Origin: Octopus sinensis
Lineage: Eukaryota
Length of the DNA: 64,000 nt
NCBI RefSeq assembly: GCF_006345805.1
Contig: NC_042998.1
Span: 49,042,001-49,106,000, forward strand
Reading direction: 5' to 3'
This document shows positions 39,647-51,923 of this stretch, one piece after another (position 1 is the stretch's first letter; every line of letters begins with the position of its first letter). The position numbers and the translations under genes are program-made. Under the pieces are notes generated by a model. The model had not been told where the DNA came from. It was given only the letters and a program-made list of their open reading frames with translations, and did no database searches.

Positions 39647-40189
39647 AATTACTGAAATTGTATAAGCCCCGGAGGTTTGGGAATAAGAAGTCATTGTTCA
39701 AGTATCAAGGAGACGCGGAAAATGCGAACAGTGATCGATGAAGTGAGCTGCATTTGATCAAGACGATAGGATCAGGCTGCATGGCTAAAGTATCAGCGTC
39801 CAGCATGTTTCATTAATCCTCAGCAATGCGGTCTTTCGTTGTTACAATCTACCAAACAAAAAAATGTGGATACTGTACTTAGTGGTGACACAATATTGCT
39901 GACTAGTGTTTAGCTTACAACGCTAAGCCCAAATCCTTTCACTCCAGTTTGTGTATCTTGAAAGTCATGAAGGTGAAAAATATATTGAGGTTTTCCAACG
40001 AACCAAATTGTAACAAGGCCATTAATTCGTTAAATAGTTGAAAGAAGTTAAGATAAACAGAAGCCGTTATATTAATGACAGCAAAGACAAAGCGAGAAGA
40101 TATTTGATAAATATTTGCCCCTTGTGAGGGTTTCTGAAAACTAAATCTATTTTTCTCTAATTTAAAAATGAATGGACACTTAGAGAAAT

Positions 40190-40407
40190 ATTGGTTTCAA
40201 ATTTTGGCACAGGGCCATCAAGCTTGGAAGGAAACGTAAGTCGATTACAGCGATCCCCAGTGCTCAACTGGTACTTAATTTTTCGACCCCGAAAGGGTGA
40301 AAGGCAAAGTCGACCTCAGCAGAGTTTGAACTCAGAACGTAAAGACGGACGAAATGCCGCTAAGCTTTTTGCCTGGGCTGCTAACGATTCTACTAGCTAG
40401 CTGCTTT
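40190..40407 (-). mobile_element. Family A SINE
   Basis: Consensus match. Confidence 0.7.
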
Positions 40408-40869
40408 CACTTAAAGAAATGTTGATATTGTAGAAAAAAAGCGTTCTCTTGGGTTCATCAGTGAAGCAGTCAATGTTCAACAGTTAGATAGAAATTGACA
40501 GTACAATCTCTACAACATACAATGACGAAACAGACTCAGAATAAAGCAATGCACTTTACATTCATCCAGTAAAATCCAATTTAGTGCGACGAATTTAATA
40601 ATTGCTTGCTTCACCTTCTTCAATTTCCGGATTCTTTGTTACGAGATAGCCACCTACGAAATAAGAGCAAACTACTTCCGGGACATACCACCTTTAGTGA
40701 TTAACACATTAAGAAGAAATCTTGTCACCTTTAACCTTTCAGCTCGTCAAACGAGGTGGTATCATAATGTCGTGGCCCAAATTCTGATAAAATTATTTCA
40801 GCTCATTAAAGTATTTAACGATGTTTCTTGTTTAATGTTACTCCATATGGTGATTCTCATCACCTCAGC

Positions 40870-42480
40870 GACAGCCTCTTCCTCTCATTTGTGTTCTTTT
40901 CTCCCTTTTCTTCAGTTTTGCTCCTTCAATTATCTCAGTCTCCCCCTCTCTGTCTTTTTCTCTCTCTTCCTTTCTCGATCTCTTCGTTTCTTTTTCTTTT
41001 CCTTCTACTTAGTTTTTTTTTCTTCATTTATTGCTTCGTCCTCTCTCTTTCTCTTTTACTCATTCCCCCTATTTCCTCAAACGTCACCTTCCATCTTCAC
41101 CCACCTCTCTCCCACTTCTTTCTCACCCTCTCTCTCTTTTATCCAAACTTAAGATATCTCTCTTTTTTTTTATTACTTTACTGTTGTAACCTTTATTCTT
41201 TTCTTCTCGCCTTATACTTGCCGTACTTTCTTGTAATTTCCTTCACTATTTTTTCACATTTCTATCTTACCTGTTTTATTTATCTTACTTTTTTTGTTCT
41301 ACTCATTCATTTACGCTTCTCTCCCTCTCTCTTTCTCCTCTCTCTCTCTCTCTCTCGTTCTTTCTCTCTTCATTCATACTTTCTTTTCATATTCCTTTTG
41401 ACTCCATCTCTTTCAATATTTTTCTCGTTCTCTTTACTCATCTTTATCACCAGTCTTAGAATTATCATTTCTCCACTCTCTCGACCATTAAGTTTTTATC
41501 ATCTTTTTCACCTTTCCTTTCTTATTCCTACATCTATTTTCTTCTCCCTTACATTTTTTTTTTGTCACCAACTTTTACTTCACGTTCGTTTTTCTTTCTT
41601 TTTACTATCCATTTTTTCCCCATTCCAATTTCTTTTTTTCAGCCTCTTTACCCAATCTCTCTTTATTATGTCTCTTCTCTGTTTTCTCCCTATATTTCTT
41701 CCCATCTCTTCGATATTCATTTTTTTTTTACTCTTTATTTCCTTTGCGCCATTTTCCTCTCATGTCTCTCCACCATCTCTATTTCCCTTCAGTTTCTCCG
41801 CACGTCACCCACCACCACCACTCTAAACCTACGCTAACCTCAGCAAGGGACCGCCAACGTAGCAATCCACACAGCAAGAAATAGCAGCCAAATATCCCTC
41901 AGATTACTTTCTTTCTTTCTTTTTTTTTTTAGAAAAAACACTACATATTGCACAATGTAGTTTGACATGTGTACAAAAAAGACGGTGTCAGCTGGAGCAC
42001 TCTGATTTGGGCCAAACAACCAACAATTCTAATCTATTCTTTATATACGGCTCTCTCTCTCTCACACACACACCACATTGTCACTACATCTCTCTCCTGT
42101 CGTCTGTTCCTCTTCATTTTATGTTCCTTTTACACACACTCTCCATCTTCCTATTCGTCTTTTCCTTTCACACTGTTTCTCCCATTCTTTCTTCTTTTCT
42201 CCTACCTTCAATTAAATTTGATCAAACTTCCGTCGCATCTATCTTCGCTCATCTCCCTGTCTCCTGTTTTTCTTCTCTCTCTCTCTCTCTCTCTGTTGTC
42301 ATTTTTATCATCACCCTTCTCTCCAAATTCACACGTTCTTTCTTCACCCTTCCTTGCACCTTTACATGTCATTGACTGTCCCTTACCCTCTTCTTCACTT
42401 TCCCACCATCTGCAACTTTTCTGAACCTTCTACCTATCCACACAATATGTCCTCGTTCGTTTTCCTTCAACTTCCCTCTA
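40870..42480. repeat. ~1.6-kb pyrimidine-rich low-complexity tract
   Basis: Plus strand overwhelmingly C/T; source of the spurious F/L/S-rich ORFs. Confidence 0.9.
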
Positions 42481-43158
42481 ACACTACCGCCACTGCTGTC
42501 ACTTTCATCTCTCTAATAATACTTCACCACTACTAGAGGTGGTGAGGTAGTAAAATACCTCGTCACTATCAGCATCGCCATCAAAGCTTACCCCCACCGA
42601 TACGACCACCATTTGTAACCACTGTTTGTATTAATTCACTAACCCCGCCCCCGATAATCTCACTGTCTCCATCACTTATAACTACCACTACCTCCTTTGC
42701 CATCACCAATGCCGCCTCCATACCAATATCACCCTTCAGCACCACCATGATTTGTTTCACCTCAACACCACTTACAACCTCCATAGTCTTAAGTATTTGA
42801 CTAACTTTGACATTTCTCTCTTATGTCTATGTATTCCCTCACGTTCTATAATTTAGCTTGTTTCTCGTGTCACAAAGTAGAAGAAAAAAAAGGAACATTA
42901 AATAACAAAAAATAAAAACTGTAGACATTGAAATATCAAAACTGAACGTCTGCAAGTCCAGTGTCGTCTGCTGGTTATGTAAAAGTTTTATAACTTGAAC
43001 TAAAACGATAACTTTATTTTAAAAAATTTCAAAGGAAATTTCATTGAAAAAAATTTTACAAGCAAAAAGCTAATAACAATCTCAAAAATTGAAACTACAT
43101 ATAATACAATAACTTTTGTAATTATTATAAAGACGATAAAACGTCCCTGTTAGAAATA

Positions 43159-43216
43159 ATGGAGAATTATCCAGACAAATGGCGAAATGTCCCCTGCAAA
43201 TCACAGATGATAACTG
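43159..43216 (+). CDS. Candidate distal first coding exon of the Kir gene (MENYPDKWRNVPCKSQMIT-)
   Basis: ataATGg start, 19 codons + 1 nt, then consensus donor G|GTAAGT at 43217; phase 1 matches the acceptor at 51882/51885 and the open Kir frame. Confidence 0.5.
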
Positions 43217-45879
43217 GTAAGTTGCATGTTAATTAAAACAGAAATTTTTCAGTGAATTAAAGTTAAGACAAGGCGGTTTTTTATTCTTTTGAAATATTTT
43301 ATTGCTGCATTCGAGGGTAACAGGCAAATTTTAAAAATTTTAGTCGGTCATAACGGCTAACGATGTTGTGATGAGTGCAAAGAAAGAATTTTGTTTTTTT
43401 AGGAGGGATTTTAATGTTATTTTTACAACTTCTACTCCTCAATCATTTGGTTTTGATTTTGCACTTCTTGTTTAGCCCCTGATCGACTCAAATCAAACCG
43501 AGAGATAATCAGACGTGTCCCAACTCTGACGATTCCAACTTTTTTCTGCCAAAGTGTATCTAGAGATTACTTTTCATTTTTTTTTTTAATGTATCCATTT
43601 TTAAAGAGGCTTGGTTAAGATCGGATAAAGATTTGACTTCTATTTCTAGCAAGCTCAGTCAGCATATAGAAAATCTCTTGTTGGATTGTTGCTGTTTAGC
43701 CCCAGGTCAACCATGCTCGAACAAACTTATAATCGAAAACATTCCAGCTGTGATCACCCCATCTTTTACCCTTTGTGAAGGGATTCCAGAACTACACTGT
43801 CTTTTTTTTTCTTTTTTTTTTTTTTTGTAATTTTGTAATTTAATGTAAGATTTGGGTGTTAATTCTAGCAAGTCGAATGACCCCGTCGGGACTCCTTCTA
43901 TGGCAGGTTGTTGATGGTGATGGCTGTGATAGTGTTGAGTGCTCTCGTAAACATACCTTCACAAGTGTGCTCCACATCCCAGCAACTTTGTTTCTTCATA
44001 ACTTTCAGAAGAATGGATATTTTTTTTAATGAAATCTTCTATAAATACGCTTCAGAATTCGTTGTGAAAAATATTTTCCGAGTTTCGGAAAATTCCCATG
44101 AGTTGGCATTGTTTCCTCATAACTTTCAAAAAAAAAAAAGGGTTATCTTTTTTTTACATTTTCTACAAATATCTTTCAGATAATGTAGATTATAATGCAC
44201 ACTTGTGTAGGTATGCCACCATATTTTCAGTTTAAATAATGTTCAAAACCTTTAAAGTTTATATAAAATTTAATTTTTCATTATTAGCGGACTTTCAGAA
44301 TAGCTGACCCATATAAATCGGAATTTCTCCGGTCTTTTTTTTTATCGTAATTATTTTGAGGCGGGTGAGGGGATTTTTCCAATTTTTTTATATTTAACAT
44401 TTCAAAAGAATGGAAATTAAATGGATTTTTTTTTTTTTTTACCATGGATTAAAGTCATGTTTCTTTAAATACTTTAATGCATGTTTCTCAAGCGTCTCGT
44501 CCGTCCCTTCATCATGCTTTCGGAACAGAATTTTTATTCATTTTTTTTTTGTACTTGTTCATTTTTTTAATTGTTATTTTCGTCATTTTATTCCACATTC
44601 TTAAATACTCGTAATTTTCATTTTAAAAAGTCTTAATACTTCTCCTTTTCATCGCTATTTTCACGATTAAAGTGAATTTTGTTTCTCCACCCACTCCTTT
44701 GTTTTGCATGTTTTTTATTGTTTTTTGCAAGTTATTTCTTTTTCTTTCACAATTTTACCATCCCGTAAAACTTTTTTCATTTTTACCTCATTCATTACCT
44801 CACTTATTAATTTTTTACTCCAAAATAACAGTTTTTTTTCTTCCCTTCTACGACATGAAAATTAAATGAATTTAGAGAGAAACAAGAATTTATGAACATT
44901 TGGCATATTTCACCATAGTTTGCATAAAAGGCGAACTCGAACGACTTTTTTTTTTCCATTAAAATATTGCACGCATCTGCGATTTGCCACCAGCGCACAG
45001 AAATTAATGTGCACGAAAGGTTAATTGCCTAGTATCTGCATCAAGTATGTGCATACTCTTATTGTAGGAAAGAAAAAAAATTGCACTGCATGAAATTTTT
45101 GTGTACGAGACTATAAAAAAATTAGTTGAAATAAATTAGTTGAAATAATGAATCACAGTAAAAGGCATTCACTACACTTTATGGAATGGTTGGCGTTGGG
45201 AAGGGCATCCAGCCATAGAAACTAAGCCTGGAGCCTGGTGCAGCTCTCTGGTTTACCAATTCCAGTCAAACTGTCTAACCCATGCCAGCATGGAAAACGG
45301 ACATTAAGGGATGATGATGATGACAGAAAACAGTGTTGGTGGATTATTTGGTGACCTCATTAGTGCTGGTGTCACAAAAAATACCCAGTACACTCTGTAA
45401 TGGTGTACTATACATATACTCTCAACTTTCTTTGCTGTCTTTATTTGATTTGATTTATTGCCACTTTCTGTCCTCTCTTACCATTTTCCGGTGAGTTGTA
45501 AAGCACCTGAGCACTGTACACAACAAACTCACTATTATTAATTTTTCCACACCCTGGGGTGAAGATGGCATTTCAGTGGGTTGTGTCTGATTTTTCTTAA
45601 AATGATAAAGTATCGTTTGAAAGAGATTTGACTGCCATTTCTAGCATAGCAAGTTGCTAGGAAGTATCTATTGGATAAGACAGATGTAGAGATACTGTAT
45701 CTGAAAAAAAAAATTAAACTAGACGATTACAGCTAGAACACTTTTGATTAAAAGTCTGTTTAACACTTTAGCATTTAATCTGGCCATATCGAACCCAAAT
45801 ATTCTACCTGTATTATGTTCAAACTGACCAAATCCAACCACTCAAACCTACCCTACAATGTCATTCTAAAAATATACAA

Positions 45880-46290
45880 ACAGAAGTGGCTGTGTAGTAA
45901 GTAGCTTGCTTATCAACCACATGGTTCCAGGTTCAGTCCCACTGCGTAGCCCCTTGGACAAGTGTCTTCTACTATAGCCTTGGGCCGACCAAAACCTTGT
46001 GAGTGGATTTGGTAGACGGAAACTGAAAGAAGCCCATCGTGTATATATATATATATATGTGTGTGTGTGTATGTTTGTGCGTCTGTGTTTGTCCCCCCAA
46101 TATCACTTGACAACTGATGCTGGTGTGTTTACGTCCAATTAACTTAGCAGTTCGGCAAAAGAAATCAATAGAATAGGTACTAGGCCTACAAAGAATAAGT
46201 CCTAGGGTAGATTTGCTTGACTAAAGGCAGTGCTCCAGCATGACCACAGTCAAATGACTGAAACAAATAAAAGAATAAAACAAAAGAATA
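45880..46290 (+). mobile_element. Family B SINE
   Basis: Full-length consensus match, CpG-decayed. Confidence 0.85.
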
Positions 46291-46689
46291 AACCACACTG
46301 TTGAAATCTTGAAGCTACAAGATAATGCATGATTAATTTGAAGCAAGGTGAATAAATAAACAAGACATTTGACAAAGAAGCCTGAATGTTAAAGGTTTGA
46401 TCAGAGATGATTTGAAGGCTAAACAGCAGCTTTGAATATGTGGTCTTATCTCAGTGTTAAAAGTTAAGTGGTGATGGTGGTAGCAGCAATGGTAGTTGTC
46501 ATACTATCGTTGCTTGTTGCACTCACTGTTATTATTGATGCTGGTAGTATATTGGTGATAAAATGTTAAGTAATGAAGCCCTGATGCTGGTACATTCCAG
46601 CTCTTTGTGTTCTAATTTCAAGCCTTCCTAAAGTAAACTTTACCTTTCATCCCACCGAGGTCAATTAGATAAAGTGCCAATCTAATACC

Positions 46690-46921
46690 TATTTCTTTAC
46701 TACCCACAAGGGGCTAAACAGAGAGGGAACAAACAAGGATAGACACACGGATTAAGTTGATTACATCGACCCCAGTGCATAACTGGTACTTATTTAATCG
46801 ACCCCAAAAGATGAAAGGCAAAGTCGACCTCGGTGGAATTTGAACTCAGAACATAACGGCAGATGAAATACCGCCAAGCATTTCGCCCAGTGTGCTCACA
46901 ATTCTGCCAGTTCGCCGCCTT
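46690..46921 (-). mobile_element. Family A SINE, CpG-decayed
   Basis: Consensus match with several CG>TG/CA changes. Confidence 0.8.
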
Positions 46922-47209
46922 AGTACCAATCTAATGCTGGGACTAGAATCAATGTAATCAACTAATCCCCTCTTGGTGAAATTGCAAGCCTTTTGCCTAA
47001 ATAGGACACATTTATTATTGTTGTTGTTGTTCTTGTTAGTGATGATGTTGATAATGTTGATGATGATGATGATATTTGTGTTAAAACAGAAAGGAAAGAA
47101 AAATGAGAAAGAACTTTTCTATTTTTTAATTTTTTATTTTATATATTTTTTTCTTATTTTTAAGGATTGGATTTCATCAAAAGACTTGTGAAAATATGGA
47201 AGGTTTTTA

Positions 47210-47279
<70 letters not shown>

Positions 47280-47794
47280 AATTTTTTATCCCATAGTTGA
47301 TCTCATATCCTCACTGAAATATATCCACAATCACCCAGAGTGGATCATTACATTAATGATTCTCTCTCCCCACCTATAGTTTTACCTGGCTACATAAAGT
47401 ACCTTTCTATTTAGTTTTCATGCAGAGTCTGTCCCTAGATATGCTTCCTCCCTGCTCCTTATTCCAAGTTATCACATTACTCAGTATTTATTGACAAATA
47501 TATAATATATATAGCAATAAGAAAATGGAAGAGATCAATAGGTGGTTCATCAACTTTTAGTCATAGTATTATGTTAACTTATTTATTTATTTACCGAACT
47601 GATAATTACAATAATATAATATATAACATATTCTTTACATATAAGAATATGTAATATATAAAGATACCAGTAATTATTATAAAAAACATAGATATAAATT
47701 GGGGGGAAAACTTACAGCTGTTTCAGCCAATAGATAAAAATACCTCATTCTACCTTTATTACTCAAGTGGATTGAAGTAATAGGTAGATGAACA

Positions 47795-47858
<64 letters not shown>

Positions 47859-47897
47859 ACGAAGGCAGCAATATGCAATATAAACCCAAAAAGGAAA

Positions 47898-48296
47898 AAT
47901 TCAATTGTCACTTATTGTAACTGAGGGTATCTATTTTGCTAGAAATAAGAGTTAAAAACCCTTAGAGCTGCAAGAAAGCACCTCTTCATATACTGACAAG
48001 GGAGATAACCACCCCACAGCAAGCAAGATCACTATACTAGTCTAGTTTTGTTTGAAAATTACAAACTCATCAGTAGTAATTACTTCATCACTGGATGGTT
48101 TAGCTAAATCCTGACTGTCAGTATATATATTTTCCATATGAATTTATGACTGATTCAGCAAAATGCTAATGTAAAAATTATAAAATGATGAGGCAGCTAT
48201 AGATGCTTTCTTGCAGCTCTAAGGGTTTTTAACTCTCATTTCTAGCAATATAGGTGCTACCCAGCACCCTTAATCACACTTAGTAACAATTGAATT
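47898..48296. repeat. Nested inverted-repeat element between (TA)n tracts
   Basis: 45-bp arms 47936-47980/48204-48248 (1 mismatch) and 15-bp outer arms 47898-47912/48282-48296 (1 mismatch). Confidence 0.8.
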
Positions 48297-49529
48297 AATT
48301 ATATATATATAAATATAGTCACACACACGCACACACACAAGTGAGTGAACAAACAAAATACATAGGCACTCAACACATTTAGTAGGAGTTATATATATTA
48401 TTTGTGGAGGCGCGTGGCTTAGTGGTTAGGGTGACAGCATCACGATCATAAGATTGTGGTTTCAATTCCTGGACTGGGCAACGCATTGTGTTCTTGAGCA
48501 AAACACTTCATTTCACGTTGCTCCAGTATACTACTGGAAGGTCTAATAAGACCAAAATTATGCCTGTAGCTGTCACCATATGTCAAGCTTAAACTCACTT
48601 CCCACTATATTAAGTAATTTTGATCAATTATAAATTTGGGATTATCTCCCCTGTCTTTCTTGACCAGAGTTACTAAGTAAGCTAATGATGCTTTCTTTTC
48701 ATTTATATAACTTAAAATGATTAAAACATTATTGCTGACTACATTATATATGTTAGCATTAAATACAAACTGAACAGATTAAAAGAACAAATCAACTATG
48801 GAATAGTTTACCATTTTTTGCTTTTTTTTTAAGCTGTTCTTTATATTTATTTTCTCTTTTACCATCCAACCTTTATAAAGCCTTCCTTATTGAAAGACTT
48901 CCCATCATTTGTTGACCCTTGTCATTCTGTATCATTTCTTTCTCTCTGCCTCACTTCTTTAACCAAGTCTTAAAAAGCTGACTGGGGTAGCACATTACCT
49001 TCACTCAAATTCACTATTTACACCTCTGTCCCTTTTACTGACACTCCCACATTCTCTCCCTATTTCTGTGTTTTTCGCATATTTTATTAATCTGCTCTTA
49101 TTCTATTGATTTTATTTAACATTCTGTTCACACTGTTTATCCTCTTCAACTTACATTTGTTATCTTGTTCACTTTGTTATCCCATTCACTTTATATTTGT
49201 ATTCTGTTCACCTTATGTTTCTTATCTTGTTCACCCTATGTTTGCCATCCTGTTCACCTTATGTTATCCAACTGACCTTATATCACAATATCTTGATACC
49301 ATTGAAACATTTCTTGTCACTTTGCAATATTGTAGATATCAGTACTTGGCAAGGTTTTTTCTTGACAAGTGTAGCTGTGGTAAGAAGTTTTCTTTCCAAC
49401 CACATGGTTCTTGGTTCAGTCCTACTACATGACACCATAGCCCTGGGCCAACTAAAGCTTTGTGAGTGGATTTGGTAGGCAGAAACTGAAAGAGGCTTGT
49501 CATATATATGTATGTGTGTGTGTGTATGT

Positions 49530-49997
49530 AATGGAATTTGTATCCTTGTGGTACCAGTGCCGGTGGCACATAAGAAAACCATCCGAACGTGACCGTAGCC
49601 AGTACCGCAACGACTGGCCTCCGTGCTGAGGGCACGTAACAAACACCATCCGAGCGTGGCCGTCCGCCAGCCTCGTCTGTAACCTGTGTCGGTGACACAT
49701 AAGAAAACACCATCCGAGCGTGGCCGTCAGCCAGCCTCGTCTGGCACCTGTGTCGGTGGCACATAAAAAACACCATCCGAGCGTGGCCGTCTGCCAGCCT
49801 CGTCTGGCACCTGCGTCGGTGGCACATAAAATCACCCACTACACTCTCGGAGTGGTTGGCATTAGGAAGGGCATCCAGCTGTAGAAACACTGCCATATCT
49901 GACTGGCCTGGTGCAGCCTTCGGGCTTGCCAGACCCCAGTTGAACCGTCCAACCCATGCTAGCATGGAAAGTGGACGTTAAACGATGATGATGATGA
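49530..49997 (+). mobile_element. Family D element with only ~3-4 internal units
   Basis: Colinear with 10111-11833 apart from unit number. Confidence 0.8.
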
Positions 49998-50325
49998 TAT
50001 ATATATATATATAACTAAAGTTTAGGTTAGTTAGAAAAGTTTGATATATTTCAACTGCTAAAAGCCAAATTCACTGTAGTTACCATGGAGAAAAATTCTC
50101 TTGTATAGTAAAAAAGTAACTATTATATCTATGTGCATGTGTTCATATCTCCCCCACCACTGCTTGACTACCAGACTTGGTTTGTTTATGTCCTCATCTT
50201 TTAGCAGTTCAGCAAAAAGTGACCTATAGAATTAGTACCAGGTTTAGGGAATTAAAAAAATAAGTACGGGAGTTGATTTTTTTTTTTTTTTTTTTTTTTA
50301 CTATTCAGGGCAAGTAAAAGTAAGT

Positions 50326-50658
50326 GAAGGTGCATGGCTCAGTGGTTAGAGTGTCGAGCTTATAATCATGAGGTTGTGAGTTTGAATCCCTGATCAGGCT
50401 GTGTGATTTGTTCTTGAGCAAGACACTTTATTTTACGTTGCTCCAGTTCACTCAACTGTGGAAATGAGTAGCGACGTCACTGGTGCCAAGTTGTATCGGC
50501 CTTTGCCTTTCCCTTGGATAACACTGGTGGCATGGAGAGGGGAGGCCGGTATGCTTGGGCGACTGCTTGTCTTCCGTAAACAACCTTGCCCAGACTTGTG
50601 CCTGGGAGGGTAACTTTCTAGGTGTAATCCTATGTTCAGTCATGACCGAAGGGGGTCT
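50326..50658 (+). mobile_element. SINE family C
   Basis: Colinear with 56455-56797 (-), 58298-58620 (+), 32681-32975 (-). Confidence 0.8.
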
Positions 50659-51606
50659 CAGCTCAACTGCTAGCAGTAATCAGAATGGTTGAATGTTCAG
50701 ATGAACCATTTCATTGTACTTAATTATGCTTATGATTTCTACCTGTATGCAATGGGCTCCCTTCGTTAAATTACTCTCAAAATAGTATTAGAAAACAAAA
50801 CTGATTACCTGTACCCGTATTCAATCTTTACTTTATAAATTTCATAGGGAAAACATGAATACCAAATGGGGATAATTGGTTGCTATTTCGAGCAGGTCAC
50901 TTGACATGCTTGAAATAACAGCCAAATCTCTCTGAAATCACAACCTGCATCTTAAAAAAAAAAATAGGACACCTTTATTCATGTCATCCTAGATATACTA
51001 TGAATGGAGAAAAAGCAACTGATCACAGCCAGAGCAAGTGCCTTTGATCATAGGTCTGCTCAATCTGGACTGTCCTGAGACTTCTTAATGCTTTTTTTTT
51101 TATTGCTTATTGGTGAGAGCTGGATGCAGTTTAGCAAACAAGAAGGATTGAAGATTATTTTTGGGGTTCATTTTCGTTCCCTTTTCCAGTTTTGCATTAT
51201 CAGAGTGAATTCTAAACAGGACTGGATACTTTGAAGAAATTTCTTGCTTCTGTCCAAACTTTGACAATCTTTTATGCCAGTTCTTATCTAGGAGCTGCCA
51301 ATCATCAGTTACTCACCAGTTCTTATCACTCTTCCCCAATTGTTGAAAGGCTTATAAAGTTTGTGCTGGACCACAAAACAAAGACACTTGTGCATATCTA
51401 TTGAATGTGTATTTGATGTTGTTCTCTTAGAAGACACACTGCTTTACAGATCGTCCAACTAAATCCAGTCGTTAATAAAATTAAGATGATTAGAACAGTT
51501 GCCGCCTTCCTTCACTGTCACTTCCACTGCTTTCAAGATAAAGTTATCTGCTTGATCTACCATTGAATACTCAACTTTGCCACTATGGATATCCTACTAG
51601 AAGATA

Positions 51607-51700
51607 ATGCTTTTAACAACAAGCATGGGGAACACAACCTCTTTACCTCAAGATAGGCAACCTGTAGATGAGACTTCTACTGCATATTATCAGAAGAATA
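51607..51700 (+). CDS. Candidate proximal first coding exon of the Kir gene (MLLTTS-MGNTTSLPQDRQPVDETSTAYYQKN-)
   Basis: In-frame ATGs at 51607 and 51625; possible weak donor GTGTGT at 51701 in phase 1; 182-nt intron ending in a long pyrimidine tract and AG at 51881-51882. Confidence 0.35.
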
Positions 51701-51834
51701 GTGTGTTTAGGGGAGTTTGTAATAATTTGTTGAAAAGAATTGTTCTTTTTTTCTCTACTGAATTGTAATGCAGAGAATTATTTTGATTTTTTTTTTTTTT
51801 TATAAGAATTCTCCAAGAATATTTCACTAATCTA

Positions 51835-51885
51835 TTTCTTTTTCTTTTCTCTTTTTTTCTCTCTTTCATTATGCTACGCAAGAAG
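51835..51885 (+). promoter_or_regulatory. 3' splice site of the Kir main exon, tandem AAG/AAG (NAGNAG) acceptor
   Basis: Pyrimidine tract tttcttttctctttttttctctctttc followed by ...acgcAAGAAGacg; frame open from here (EDVSSEWSRSGSLE) into the ORF ATG. Confidence 0.55.
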
Positions 51886-51923
51886 ACGTATCAAGTGAGT
51901 GGAGCAGAAGTGGCTCGCTCGAG

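Noticed and set aside
40697-42424. Hydrophobic F/L/S-rich ORFs (332 aa etc.) resembling membrane proteins
   Set aside because: Product of a pyrimidine-rich low-complexity tract; no recognisable domain.
40731-45024. Large piggyBac element bounded by ttaacctttc / gaaaggttaa
   Set aside because: Only a 10-bp match including TTAA, no transposase remnant; probably chance.
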